DNA of 64,000 nucleotides from a virus: positions 97,482-161,481 of IMG/VR virus record IMGVR_UViG_3300036791_001907; one strand, given 5' to 3'. Below, piece after piece: positions 1 to 8,542 of the stretch. Below the pieces are notes generated by a model that saw nothing but the letters and a program-made list of their open reading frames with translations, searched no databases and had not been told where the DNA came from. Each line of letters starts with the position of its first letter. The first letter of the stretch is position 1. A program made the position numbers and the translations under genes.

Positions 1-1
1 G

Positions 2-76
2 AGTCACTACTACGTGGACCCGGACGCCGACGGCCGGCTGCCTGATCCGGTCGTCAAACCCTGGTGGGAGAAGTAG
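2..76 (+). CDS. 3' end of a gene running in from outside the window
   Basis: Open frame SHYYVDPDADGRLPDPVVKPWWEK ending TAG at 74-76, just before the next ATG at 81. Confidence 0.45.
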   Translation, partial: SHYYVDPDADGRLPDPVVKPWWEK

Positions 77-80
77 GAAC

Positions 81-518
81 ATGCCGCGACGAGAGATGAC
101 AGCCGGCCTCTTGCCCGGGCCGGTGTGGCTGATCGTGCGCCCTGACTACCCGAACAACGAGCCGCTCCACGCGCTGGGGCCGATCCGTACCCTGGAGAAG
201 CTCCGGGGCGTGTACGAGGGCATTCACTGGGCCGGGCGCAGCAACACCATCGTCGATGTTGTCACCATCCTGCCCGAGAAGTGCACCGAGGTTCATGTCG
301 ATGCGTTCTCTGGTTTCTACTTCGGGCCGCTGGAGGCGGTGACCTTCGAGCAGCGGCTCATGGCGGTCCTCTGGTACGACTTCGACACGGGCCGCTGGGA
401 CGCGGAGAAGGAGTGGAACGCGGACCGCTGGCAGGACGTTGGCCAGCTGCTCGCACAGTTTGGGATCAAGTTCCCGGGTGAGAACACGATCAAGCCCACC
501 TGGGAGGACCCTGGATGA
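81..518 (+). CDS. hypothetical protein (145 aa)
   Basis: ORF with genome-typical GC3-rich codons; GGAG upstream. Confidence 0.7.
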   Translation: MPRREMTAGLLPGPVWLIVRPDYPNNEPLHALGPIRTLEKLRGVYEGIHWAGRSNTIVDVVTILPEKCTEVHVDAFSGFYFGPLEAVTFEQRLMAVLWYDFDTGRWDAEKEWNADRWQDVGQLLAQFGIKFPGENTIKPTWEDPG

Positions 519-694
519 GGAGGCGTGATGCACTCAAGCTACACAACGGCGATGAGGTACGACTCAAGGCGACGGGTGAAGTCTGCACCGTCTATCGGTC
601 TTACCGCCGCGAGAATGATCCGCGGGCGATCGTGGTCGAGATCCAGTCGCCCACCCAGGGCTTTCTGGTCGTCGACAGTGCCGCCCTTTCCTGA
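515..694 (+). CDS. small hypothetical protein (59 aa, MRRRDALKLHNGDEVRLKATGEVCTVY...), SH3/KOW-like look; below ORF-track cutoff
   Basis: ATGA overlap with upstream stop, GGAGG at 503-507, read manually. Confidence 0.65.
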   Translation: MRRRDALKLHNGDEVRLKATGEVCTVYRSYRRENDPRAIVVEIQSPTQGFLVVDSAALS

Positions 695-848
695 ACGGCC
701 GGCGCGGCCGTCTGAGCGGTTTGTGGTCATTGACTTCAGGCAGCCGCTTTCGGTCCTTGACTGCATGCGGCGGCGCGTGTGGCAACAGCAACAACAGCAG
801 CGGACGCTTCGTATTCCCCCGCCGTTCGGCCCCGGGGAACCTCATCAC

Positions 849-1196
849 ATGTTTCTCAACATGAGTCAATTCACCATGAGCGAGACCGATGGCCGGCAGT
901 CGCGACGGCGGCGGTTTTCCGGCTGCGTGTACCTCAGCTTCGAGCAGACCGAGATGGCGATCCGGGCCGAGTGGATCAACGAGTGGCTCGACCAGGGTGG
1001 GACGGTCCTGGGCAAGCTGGCTCGCGATGACCAGGCCCCATACGCCCTGATCGCCGAGGCGCTGGAACCGTACGTTGATACCATTCTCTGTGAGATGGCC
1101 GATGGTACGCGGCAGCGGATCTACGGCTACAAGCACGAGCCGGCCGGCTGGCCAGCTTCCAGGGAGTTTCGGCTATGGCCATCGTTCGTGATCTGA
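849..1196 (+). CDS. hypothetical protein; start uncertain, track ORF 525..1196 probably over-extended
   Basis: Protein-like composition from MFLNMSQF onward. Confidence 0.55.
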   Translation: MFLNMSQFTMSETDGRQSRRRRFSGCVYLSFEQTEMAIRAEWINEWLDQGGTVLGKLARDDQAPYALIAEALEPYVDTILCEMADGTRQRIYGYKHEPAGWPASREFRLWPSFVI

Positions 1197-1486
1197 CCCA
1201 GCACCTGCTCGAATGCCTGGCGCTCGATGTCTGGCCGCGGCTCGCGGCGATCGTGGACTTCGGCATCGACACGCAGGAGCACCTGGGCGCGCTCCAGTAC
1301 GCCTGGAAGCACGGCCGTACGCCTGAGGAGTTCGACGCGGCGCTCGGTGATGGCGCCAAGCTAACCGCGCTGTGCGCGGTGCCGGGACAGCCGTATCAGG
1401 TGAAGTTCGCGACCTCCTGGGACCGGATTGGCCCCGAGGATGCGTTCATGGACGACGATGATGACGATGACGACGAACTGGAGTGA
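1175..1486 (+). CDS. hypothetical protein with acidic C-terminal tail
   Basis: ORF, overlaps neighbours, poly-Asp tail. Confidence 0.65.
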   Translation: MAIVRDLTQHLLECLALDVWPRLAAIVDFGIDTQEHLGALQYAWKHGRTPEEFDAALGDGAKLTALCAVPGQPYQVKFATSWDRIGPEDAFMDDDDDDDDELE

Positions 1487-1767
1487 TCATGAGCAAACCA
1501 CCGATCGACTGGAAGCATTACATCGAGCATCAGGGGCTGACGTGCCCCTATTGCGGCAGCGTGGACCTCGAAGGCGGGTCCTTCAATGCTGATGGGGGTT
1601 ACGCCCGGTGTTCCGTCACCTGCTGCGGCTGCGGTCGCTGCTGGGATGACGTTTATCGGCTCGTGGATGTCGACAACAAACCCGAGGAGGATCCCGATGG
1701 TCAAGAAGAAAGCTCTTACCAAGACCCAGACCCCGACGATCCAGGCCCCCGCGGCCAGGTCGGTTGA
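1483..1767 (+). CDS. small Zn-ribbon protein
   Basis: CPYC...CCGC motifs; start overlaps upstream stop. Confidence 0.6.
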   Translation: MIMSKPPIDWKHYIEHQGLTCPYCGSVDLEGGSFNADGGYARCSVTCCGCGRCWDDVYRLVDVDNKPEEDPDGQEESSYQDPDPDDPGPRGQVG

Positions 1768-1982
1768 GAGTACTCTCGTGGGCCGCACGATCGTGGAGGT
1801 CCGCCCCATGCGGCCCGACGAGCTGAAGACCGAGGGCTGGGCGCTGGGTGTGCACGCAGCACCGGTTGTCCTGGTGCTGGACGACAGCACCCCGGATCTA
1901 TCCCTCCCGCGATCCGGAAGGCAACGGTCCCGGTGCCCGCTTCGGTATCGACGCGCAGGGCGCCGGCTTCATGCTGGGCTAG
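1697..1982 (+). pseudogene. small phage gene with apparent +1 frameshift (or assembly error) at C4 run 1890-1893
   Basis: Strong GAGGAGG RBS; removing one C gives ...VLVLDDSTRIYPSRDPEGNGPGARFGIDAQGAGFMLG* instead of an Arg/Gly-rich tail. Confidence 0.6.
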
Positions 1983-1990
1983 GCGATGTA

Positions 1991-2036
1991 CGGACCGGCG
2001 GGGGCGGCGCCCTCGCCGGTCCGGGGCCGATCTTTT
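1991..2036 (+). terminator. GC-rich hairpin, possible terminator
   Basis: CGGACCGGCG/CGCCGGTCCG stem; short T run offset by several bases. Confidence 0.4.
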
Positions 2037-2298
2037 ATGATCGAGTCCCGTGATTGGGAGTCATAGCATGCCAACGGCCAATACCCTGGATCGTGATGAC
2101 GACGATACCGCGGCGCTGGCCAGGCGGCGGCGCGCGGGCGATCGGGTGATCACCAATGGCGTCGTCGGTTACTACGATGGCAGGTCGCTGCTGATCGTTC
2201 CGTGCGATGAGGCGGAGACCGCAACCGCGTCAGATCCGCTACCACGCAGGGCGTCCCGAGCCCGGGTGCCCGTTTCCCTGACCCAGCGGAGGATGTGC

Positions 2299-3039
2299 AT
2301 GGTTACGCAGAAAGTCAGCACCTGGGATCTGCTCCAGAACCACCCGGTTGCCGGTACGCTTGATGCCGAGGCCAGGCTCGCGCTGGTGTGCGAGTATCTC
2401 GACCTGGTCGACGAACTCGAGGGGATGTCCCTGACCGACTTCGTCACGGCGTACTTTACCGCCGAGGCGGTGGCGCCGGATGCCGAAGCTGCGGCGCCGG
2501 ACCGGAACGGGGAGGCCGACGCCGACGACGGCGACGGATCCAAGGGTGATCCCCGGCCGACGACCATGGTCGGCCTGCGGGTCGTCTACCGGTTCCCCGG
2601 CCGCAATGTCCTTTCGGATGCGACAGGCGTCACTCGCGACTCGGGCGGCACCGTCGCGTTCACCGACGTGGACGAGGAGGTCTGGTCCAACATCGCCAGG
2701 GACAAGGTCTACCCGATCGACCCCGCCAACTACCGCGAGCTCCACATCACCAAGCGCGAGGCCAAGGAGATCAACGGCTGGCTGGCCGGCACGCCCGCCA
2801 AGGACCAGCCGGAGAATGGTCTGCTGCGGAGCCTGTTCGTCGAGTTCCCCGAGTCCCCCGAGTTCACCGAGCGAATTGCGTTCGCGATCGTCAACGGCAA
2901 GAAACCCTATGTCGATCGGTTCGTGCAGCTGCCGGACAACGGCTTCGAGGACGACCAGAAGCCCACCACCCGGCTCTTCGGCGAGCATTGTTTTCGGGTC
3001 CGCAGCGTGGACTACGTCGTCAAGGTGGTGAGTCCCTGA
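2299..3039 (+). CDS. hypothetical protein; possible in-frame N-terminal extension from 2068
   Basis: GGAGG RBS before ATG; genome-typical codon usage. Confidence 0.7.
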   Translation: MVTQKVSTWDLLQNHPVAGTLDAEARLALVCEYLDLVDELEGMSLTDFVTAYFTAEAVAPDAEAAAPDRNGEADADDGDGSKGDPRPTTMVGLRVVYRFPGRNVLSDATGVTRDSGGTVAFTDVDEEVWSNIARDKVYPIDPANYRELHITKREAKEINGWLAGTPAKDQPENGLLRSLFVEFPESPEFTERIAFAIVNGKKPYVDRFVQLPDNGFEDDQKPTTRLFGEHCFRVRSVDYVVKVVSP

Positions 3040-3716
3040 TCGTTACGCAGCGTATCCGCGGACTGCCGGTGGCGGCGGAGCTTCGGCGCGATGAACGCAG
3101 TGGCGGCCGCCGTCACAGGCAATTCGACATACGCGGCGATCCGTGCCACCGTGTCGTCCGGGTTGTCGATGGCCCGGTCGTAGTCGATCCAGAGCGCCGG
3201 GGGGATACCGTGGGATTCCAGCTCGTCGAGCGTGATCAGCCGGCGGCGGGAATACTCCCGGATGATCAGGGCACATTCCGCCGGTGAGAAGTAGCGGCGC
3301 GCGGCGCCCAAGCTCGTGATCATCGTGTCCGTATCACGATCGGTCACGATCACCCGGACGGGATGGTTCACCGTGGCTGCGAAGTGCGCGGCGTAGTAGC
3401 AAAGCTCCGGATCTTTAACACCCCAGCAGGGGCGTTGTTCGCAGGCCCGGATCAGCCGGATGTACCGCAGCATGTCGGTCGGCTCCGGCGTGCATTCCCA
3501 GGGGGGCAGTCGGAGCCGGGCACGCACCGGCCGTCGCTCGTAATGCCGCGACCAGGAGCGATGCAGGCAGCGGAACCGGATGTCCTCGAAGTAGCCCAGC
3601 GGATTGGCGGCGTCGGGAGACCGGGACGGCCCCATGTCGACGCCCAGATGATGGAGAATGCCGGCCACCATGCTCGAACCGCTCCGCGGCACCGGCAGCA
3701 CCAGGACACATAGCAA
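3012..3716 (-). CDS. sulfotransferase family protein (PAPS-binding P-loop)
   Basis: PRSGSSMVAGIL 5'-PSB loop, NPLGYFED, WGVKDP, IDYDRAIDNP motifs. Confidence 0.85.
   Translation of the reverse strand: MLCVLVLPVPRSGSSMVAGILHHLGVDMGPSRSPDAANPLGYFEDIRFRCLHRSWSRHYERRPVRARLRLPPWECTPEPTDMLRYIRLIRACEQRPCWGVKDPELCYYAAHFAATVNHPVRVIVTDRDTDTMITSLGAARRYFSPAECALIIREYSRRRLITLDELESHGIPPALWIDYDRAIDNPDDTVARIAAYVELPVTAAATAFIAPKLRRHRQSADTLRNDQGLTTLTT
3041..3057. promoter_or_regulatory. degenerate copy of 17-bp palindrome CGTTACGCWGCGTAACG
   Basis: CGTTACGCAGCGTATCC, 2 mismatches to consensus. Confidence 0.45.
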
Positions 3717-3717
3717 C

Positions 3718-3729
3718 GGAGGATCCTCC
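3718..3729. promoter_or_regulatory. palindromic bidirectional Shine-Dalgarno GGAGGATCCTCC shared by two divergent genes
   Basis: Perfect palindrome; GGAGG lies 8 nt before ATG 3731 (+) and 8 nt before TTG 3716 (-). Confidence 0.65.
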
Positions 3730-3730
3730 C

Positions 3731-4609
3731 ATGAGGCATGCGGTCTTCACGATCGTCCAGGACGAGCCGGTCTTCTTCCCGCTCTGGTACCGGTACTATA
3801 GCCGGCACTACAAGCCGCAGAATATCTACGTGCTCTACCATCCCCTCTTCGAGGAAGAGTCGGGCGGCGAGCCGACGTGGCTCAAGGTGCCACTTTTCAA
3901 TGATCCGAATACCCGGACCTTCCGCGATATGAACATCGTGCGGGTCTTCCGCGAGAAGTCGTTCGACCATACCTGGCTCCGCGCGCAGGTCGAGCAGTTC
4001 GCGGCGTTCCTGCTCGGCTCCCATGATACGGTGACATTCACCGAGGTCGATGAGATCCTGGCGCTGGATCCGTACAGGGTCAATGATGGCAGTCTGATGC
4101 GATGGCTCGCCATTTGGTGTCGCCAGCGCCGACCCGCGGTCCGTGCCACGGGGTACGAGGTTGTGCACCAATTCGATGACGAGCCCGATCTGGATCTCGA
4201 CGAGATCCAGTACAAGGCCGGCCGGGTGCTCAGAGACCGGGGGTGGTGGTACCCCTCGGAGATCTACTCCAAGACCCTGATCTGGACCGCGCCGCCGCAG
4301 TGGGACAATGGGTTTCACGAAGCCTTTATCCCTGACGGCGCCGGCGCCGTGATGCCTCTGGTGTTGGGCCGGGAGCCTGAGCTGCTCCTTCTGCACCTGC
4401 ACAAGGTCGACTATTGCGTTGCCGCGGCGCGGCTGCGGCGGACCGCGGCACGGGACTGGAACAAGCCGGACACGCGGGATCGGGTCGGCATCCAGAACCG
4501 GTTCACGAGCGAAGCGCAGCTCAAGAATTGGTGGTACAAGAGTATCGATCATCCGGCAGCCAATGCGCCGCTGGTCCAGATCCCGGACGATATCCGGTCC
4601 ATCATCTGA
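3731..4609 (+). CDS. GT-A fold glycosyltransferase (GT2-like)
   Basis: FTIVQDE..FFPLWYRYY start, FTEVDEIL (DxD variant), GFH and LLHLH motifs. Confidence 0.7.
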   Translation: MRHAVFTIVQDEPVFFPLWYRYYSRHYKPQNIYVLYHPLFEEESGGEPTWLKVPLFNDPNTRTFRDMNIVRVFREKSFDHTWLRAQVEQFAAFLLGSHDTVTFTEVDEILALDPYRVNDGSLMRWLAIWCRQRRPAVRATGYEVVHQFDDEPDLDLDEIQYKAGRVLRDRGWWYPSEIYSKTLIWTAPPQWDNGFHEAFIPDGAGAVMPLVLGREPELLLLHLHKVDYCVAAARLRRTAARDWNKPDTRDRVGIQNRFTSEAQLKNWWYKSIDHPAANAPLVQIPDDIRSII

Positions 4610-4620
4610 AGGAGGATCCC

Positions 4621-5796
4621 GTGGTCGATGTCGCCATGGTTGTCGCGTCCAACCGCGAGGCCGAGTTCAGAGCGTTTTTCGATGCCTGGCACGGCGAGAA
4701 GGGGTTTCCCTGGGACGTCACGATCCTGGTCCAGGACGGCGGCGGCGAGCCGTTCCAGCCTGATGACGAGGACGATGATGACTACGGCCAGCGCTATCGC
4801 TGGCAGAACCTGGTCCGGCACGACTGGGGATCGATCGTCGTCGACAGCGGGATGGTGATGCCCGACTGGCTGTCCCGCCGCGACTCGGGCATCAAGGCGT
4901 GGGGCTTCCTGGACGCCGTGCTCCGCCATAAGGCCGACGTCGTTATCACGCTCGATGACGACTGCTTTCCCTGTCCGCTGGCGGCCGATCCCAGCTGGCG
5001 CCGCAAGGGCGTGGAACACGCCCAGCTGATCGAGGCGGCGCGGGCTGACTTTGTCGGTCAGCACGTGGATGCGCTCCACTATACACGCCGGTGGTCCACC
5101 TCGGTCCCCGGCTTCACATCCCGGGGGATGCCCTATGGCACGCTGGCCGATGGCCAGCGGCAGCCGCGCGCCGGCGACAACTCCCTGGGCGCGCTGCCGG
5201 TCGCGCTCAACATGGGCGTCTGGGGCGTGATCCCGGACCGTGACGCGGTTCACGAGCTGACCAACTGGACGGAGGAGGGCTATTACAAGCCCTGGAAGCC
5301 GCAGAAGAATGTCTACCAGCATTCGCGGGTCATGAGCCCGCAGCAGTACTGGCCGCTCTGCGGCATGAACCTGGCCTTTCGCCGCGAGATCGCGCCGCTG
5401 CTCTACCTTCCCCGCATGGGCGAGGGAGTGCCGTTCCGCCGGTTCGACGATATCTGGTGCGGCGTGATCGCCCAGAAGTGCCTGCGCCATCTGGGTATGG
5501 CCTGTACCGTGGGTGGGCCGATCATCAACCACATGCGGGCGTCGCAGCCCATGGATAACCTGGTGCGGGAGGCGCCCGGGATCCGCGCCAACGAGGAGTT
5601 CTGGAGGCTGATCGACCGGATCGAACTCTGGCCCGTCGACCAGACGCCGCTGCGCTGCATGAGCCATATCGGCAATGCGCTCGCGGAGGATTGCACGGGG
5701 ATCAAGGACGAGCAGCTGCGCGCGTACATGCCGCAGCTCGGCGGCTGGATCCAGCAGTGGTGTAACCTGTTCAGGAAAGCGGGGTGGGAACCTTGA
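4621..5796 (+). CDS. reversibly glycosylated polypeptide (RGP)/GT75 family, UDP-arabinopyranose mutase-like
   Basis: TLDDDCFP, RGMPYG, MGVWGVIPDRDA, PLCGMNLAFRRE, RFDDIWCG parallel plant RGP motifs (IDDDC, RGYP, GLWLNIPDYDA, PMCGMNLAF, RYDDMWAG); GGAGG RBS before GTG. Confidence 0.85.
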   Translation: MVDVAMVVASNREAEFRAFFDAWHGEKGFPWDVTILVQDGGGEPFQPDDEDDDDYGQRYRWQNLVRHDWGSIVVDSGMVMPDWLSRRDSGIKAWGFLDAVLRHKADVVITLDDDCFPCPLAADPSWRRKGVEHAQLIEAARADFVGQHVDALHYTRRWSTSVPGFTSRGMPYGTLADGQRQPRAGDNSLGALPVALNMGVWGVIPDRDAVHELTNWTEEGYYKPWKPQKNVYQHSRVMSPQQYWPLCGMNLAFRREIAPLLYLPRMGEGVPFRRFDDIWCGVIAQKCLRHLGMACTVGGPIINHMRASQPMDNLVREAPGIRANEEFWRLIDRIELWPVDQTPLRCMSHIGNALAEDCTGIKDEQLRAYMPQLGGWIQQWCNLFRKAGWEP

Positions 5797-5809
5797 GAGG
5801 AGGAAGGCC

Positions 5810-5986
5810 ATGCACAGGATCAAGCCCAAGGTCAAGCCCGAGATTGATCCCAAGGACAGGCCCATCGAGACCTGCCTGGGCTGTGGCCGGCCGACCAAGT
5901 TGCTCTACTGCGACAGCTGCGCGCCGCCGCCGCTGCTCCGGCAGACCAGCCGGCGGAGCAAGGGCGGGAAGGAAAGCGAGTCATGA
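5810..5986 (+). CDS. small Zn-finger protein (58 aa)
   Basis: CLGC...CDSC; GAGGAGG RBS. Confidence 0.55.
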   Translation: MHRIKPKVKPEIDPKDRPIETCLGCGRPTKLLYCDSCAPPPLLRQTSRRSKGGKESES

Positions 5987-6798
5987 ATGTTGAGACCTTG
6001 ATCGTCTTCGCGACCAACCGGCGGGGTATCATCAAGGATCAGGTCGAGGCCATTCGCTGGGCGCACAGTCGGCCCTGCGCGATCGTCTGCGTCGATGACA
6101 CACTTGAACGCGACGATCCCCTGATCCGCCGCGATGGCAACTTCTTCCGCATCCCCTCGCAGCTTCCCGGCCGCCGAAACCTGTCGGGGTTCAAGAACAA
6201 CGAGGGGATCCAGTTCGCCCTGGCCAATAGCATCGACTTCCGGTATGTGCTCTGTCTCGACGACGATGCCCTGCCGATCGGCCGCGGCCTCGACGAGTGG
6301 GCCCTCGGGCGGATGGATGCCACCGCGATCGATCTTCTGGGCGTCAAGGACCGGATGAACTACCAGAACTACTGGCCGCAGGTGCCGCAGCTCCTGGGCC
6401 GCTGGCTGCCCGAGGCCCGGGAGGTGGCCGCCGCCATCGACCTGAGTCCGGAGACGGTCTTCTACGCGATCAACTGGATGTCGCGCGGATTGGTCGATAC
6501 GCTGGCGGAGCACAACCTGCTGGTGCCCGACGGCTGCGCCGGCTGGCCGCTCTGGCCCGATACCTACACATCCTGGGTGACGCAGCTCATGGGCGGCTAT
6601 CAGGTCACCTGGGGTCACATGGATGACCCGAAGCCGCCCGTCTACGGCAACCATCGCAACCACATGAGGTTCGCGCCGAGCCCGACGATCCTGCGGGATG
6701 ACTTTTTGATCTACCATCCCATCCGCCACGTCACGATGAATGACGAGCAGAGCCTGCGCGAGCATTATGCGGCGCGACGCCAGCGTGATCAGGGCTGA
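5983..6798 (+). CDS. GT-A fold glycosyltransferase
   Basis: VCVDD, NEGIQFA, VLCLDDDALP (DxD), C-terminal IYHPI; lies in GT cluster. Confidence 0.7.
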   Translation: MNVETLIVFATNRRGIIKDQVEAIRWAHSRPCAIVCVDDTLERDDPLIRRDGNFFRIPSQLPGRRNLSGFKNNEGIQFALANSIDFRYVLCLDDDALPIGRGLDEWALGRMDATAIDLLGVKDRMNYQNYWPQVPQLLGRWLPEAREVAAAIDLSPETVFYAINWMSRGLVDTLAEHNLLVPDGCAGWPLWPDTYTSWVTQLMGGYQVTWGHMDDPKPPVYGNHRNHMRFAPSPTILRDDFLIYHPIRHVTMNDEQSLREHYAARRQRDQG

Positions 6799-6992
6799 CG
6801 GGTTTCGCGAAGGGCCTGTTCCTGGGTTTCCCCGAGGCGGATTCGCGTGAGGACTTCTTCCCGGTGGACGGGGATCTCACGAGGTGCCTCGATACCGATC
6901 CTGGCCTTGTCGCCTCGGACCTGGACGAGGGTGAGAACAATGTCATCGTTGATGACGATCTTTTCGCCGATCTTTCGCGTCAGCACCAACAT
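6789..6992 (-). CDS. csrA: carbon storage regulator CsrA/RsmA
   Basis: MLVLTRKIGEKIVINDDI...RIGIEAPREIPVHREE signature; GGAGG RBS on minus strand. Confidence 0.95.
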   Translation of the reverse strand: MLVLTRKIGEKIVINDDIVLTLVQVRGDKARIGIEAPREIPVHREEVLTRIRLGETQEQALRETRQP

Positions 6993-7127
6993 GAACACCT
7001 CCCTGCGAAACATCCATGGTCCATCCCTGCTGGGAAGGCGCCATCCACGGCGGCGCCTCTATCAGGCCCAACACGGGGCTGGTTCCTCATGGTCGCCGGG
7101 GAGTGGGCAAACTGTCAAGGAGCCCTG

Positions 7128-7424
7128 ATGGCTTCCACCATTTTCGATTCGCTATGGGACGAGGCCTTCGATCGCGAAGGCGAGCTTGTCTGTCACGCGG
7201 CTGAGCTGGCGCAGCTCTACAAGATCTCGAGCGCCATGGAGTCGATCCGGCTGGCCCAGCTGTTCCAGGCGTCGGGTCAGCCGTTCTTCGAGCACTGCGA
7301 AGCCATCGTACGGGCGCGGCAGGAGCGCAAACTGAAGCGTGTCAGGCGGCGCTATCATCTGGACGAGCAGCAGATGACGCTGCTCCGGCAACTGCTCGCC
7401 AAGGCGACGAAAGGATGGCAATGA
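7128..7424 (+). CDS. hypothetical protein
   Basis: AAGGAG RBS before ATG 7128; coupled to next gene. Confidence 0.6.
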   Translation: MASTIFDSLWDEAFDREGELVCHAAELAQLYKISSAMESIRLAQLFQASGQPFFEHCEAIVRARQERKLKRVRRRYHLDEQQMTLLRQLLAKATKGWQ

Positions 7425-8542
7425 CCAACATGAATTCTGAGTCTCCATCAATTGTTTTCACGGCGGACCTCCACTTTGATGAGACCGGCGCCTGGAAGCA
7501 CCGGGGGATCACGGGCGATGCCTGTGACTCATTTGCGCAGATCGTCGACTTCTGCTGCGCACACCAGGCGGGCGTCCTGGCCCTGGGCGGCGACATCGTG
7601 GACCGGCCGAGCACGAAGCAAAGGACGGTCAAGTTTCTCTGCGACCAGATCGACCTCCTTCAGGGGGCCGGAGTCCAGGTCATCTACATCCTCGGCCAGC
7701 ATGACGGTCGCGAGGAATGGCCGTCGCTCCATCCCAATGCGATCCACCTTCACGGCAGGGCCTATGACGTGGATGAGTTCACGATCTGCGGGCTCGATCA
7801 TTACCGCCGGCCTGGTGAGTTCCTGGCGGCGTACGCCGCCCTTCAGGTCCCGCCCGGATCGTTCCTGCTCTGCCATCAGGGATGGCGCGAGCTGATGGGC
7901 GGCAAGGAGGAGCTGATGCTGGCCGATCTGCCGTTTGCGCTCGACCTGCTGTGCGGCGACTACCACGACCACTGCACCCGGCATTACAAGGCCCGAGATG
8001 GGTCGCATGGTATCCTCCTGTCGCCCGGCTCGACGCACGCCCGGGACGTGACGGAGGAGAATGGCAAGCAGTTTTTCGCCATCTACCGCGGCACCGCGAC
8101 CCCGTATGCCTACCGTTCGATCAGTCTGCGGACCCGGCCGGTGCAGCGCTACTGGATCAGGACCGTGGCGGAGGCTGATGCATTTCTGGCCCGGCAGGAC
8201 CTGCCCCTGGACGGCACGGGCCTGGAACGCGCCGTGATCGATGTCTCCTTCTACAGCGACATCGACGGCTTTGCCGCGCAGCTCGAGCGCGCGCTGGCGA
8301 CGCGGTGTCACCTGTTCCTGAAGCCACGGGACCGCCGCCGCGAGGAGCGGACTCCGTCAGCCGTGGCCCGGCGAACCATTGCCGATCGCGGTCTGGCGGG
8401 CGCCGTCGACCTGGTGTGTGAACCCGGTCCGGTGCGGGACTCGGCGAAGCGGCTGCTCGAGGCGATCGATGCCGGTGCCGAGCTGGCGGTCATGAGAAAG
8501 GAATTCTACGACTCGACGGATAGCGGATCGCGAGGAGGTTGA
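7415..8542 (+). CDS. sbcD: Mre11/SbcD-like metallophosphoesterase nuclease (T4 gp47-like)
   Basis: ADLH, GDIVD, GQHD, CHQ, GDYH, SPGS phosphoesterase motifs; directly upstream of Rad50-like ATPase. Confidence 0.9.
   Translation: MAMTNMNSESPSIVFTADLHFDETGAWKHRGITGDACDSFAQIVDFCCAHQAGVLALGGDIVDRPSTKQRTVKFLCDQIDLLQGAGVQVIYILGQHDGREEWPSLHPNAIHLHGRAYDVDEFTICGLDHYRRPGEFLAAYAALQVPPGSFLLCHQGWRELMGGKEELMLADLPFALDLLCGDYHDHCTRHYKARDGSHGILLSPGSTHARDVTEENGKQFFAIYRGTATPYAYRSISLRTRPVQRYWIRTVAEADAFLARQDLPLDGTGLERAVIDVSFYSDIDGFAAQLERALATRCHLFLKPRDRRREERTPSAVARRTIADRGLAGAVDLVCEPGPVRDSAKRLLEAIDAGAELAVMRKEFYDSTDSGSRGG

Noticed and set aside
784-801. CAA/CAG microsatellite (poly-Gln)
   Set aside because: Only six codons; unclear whether it is translated; no further support
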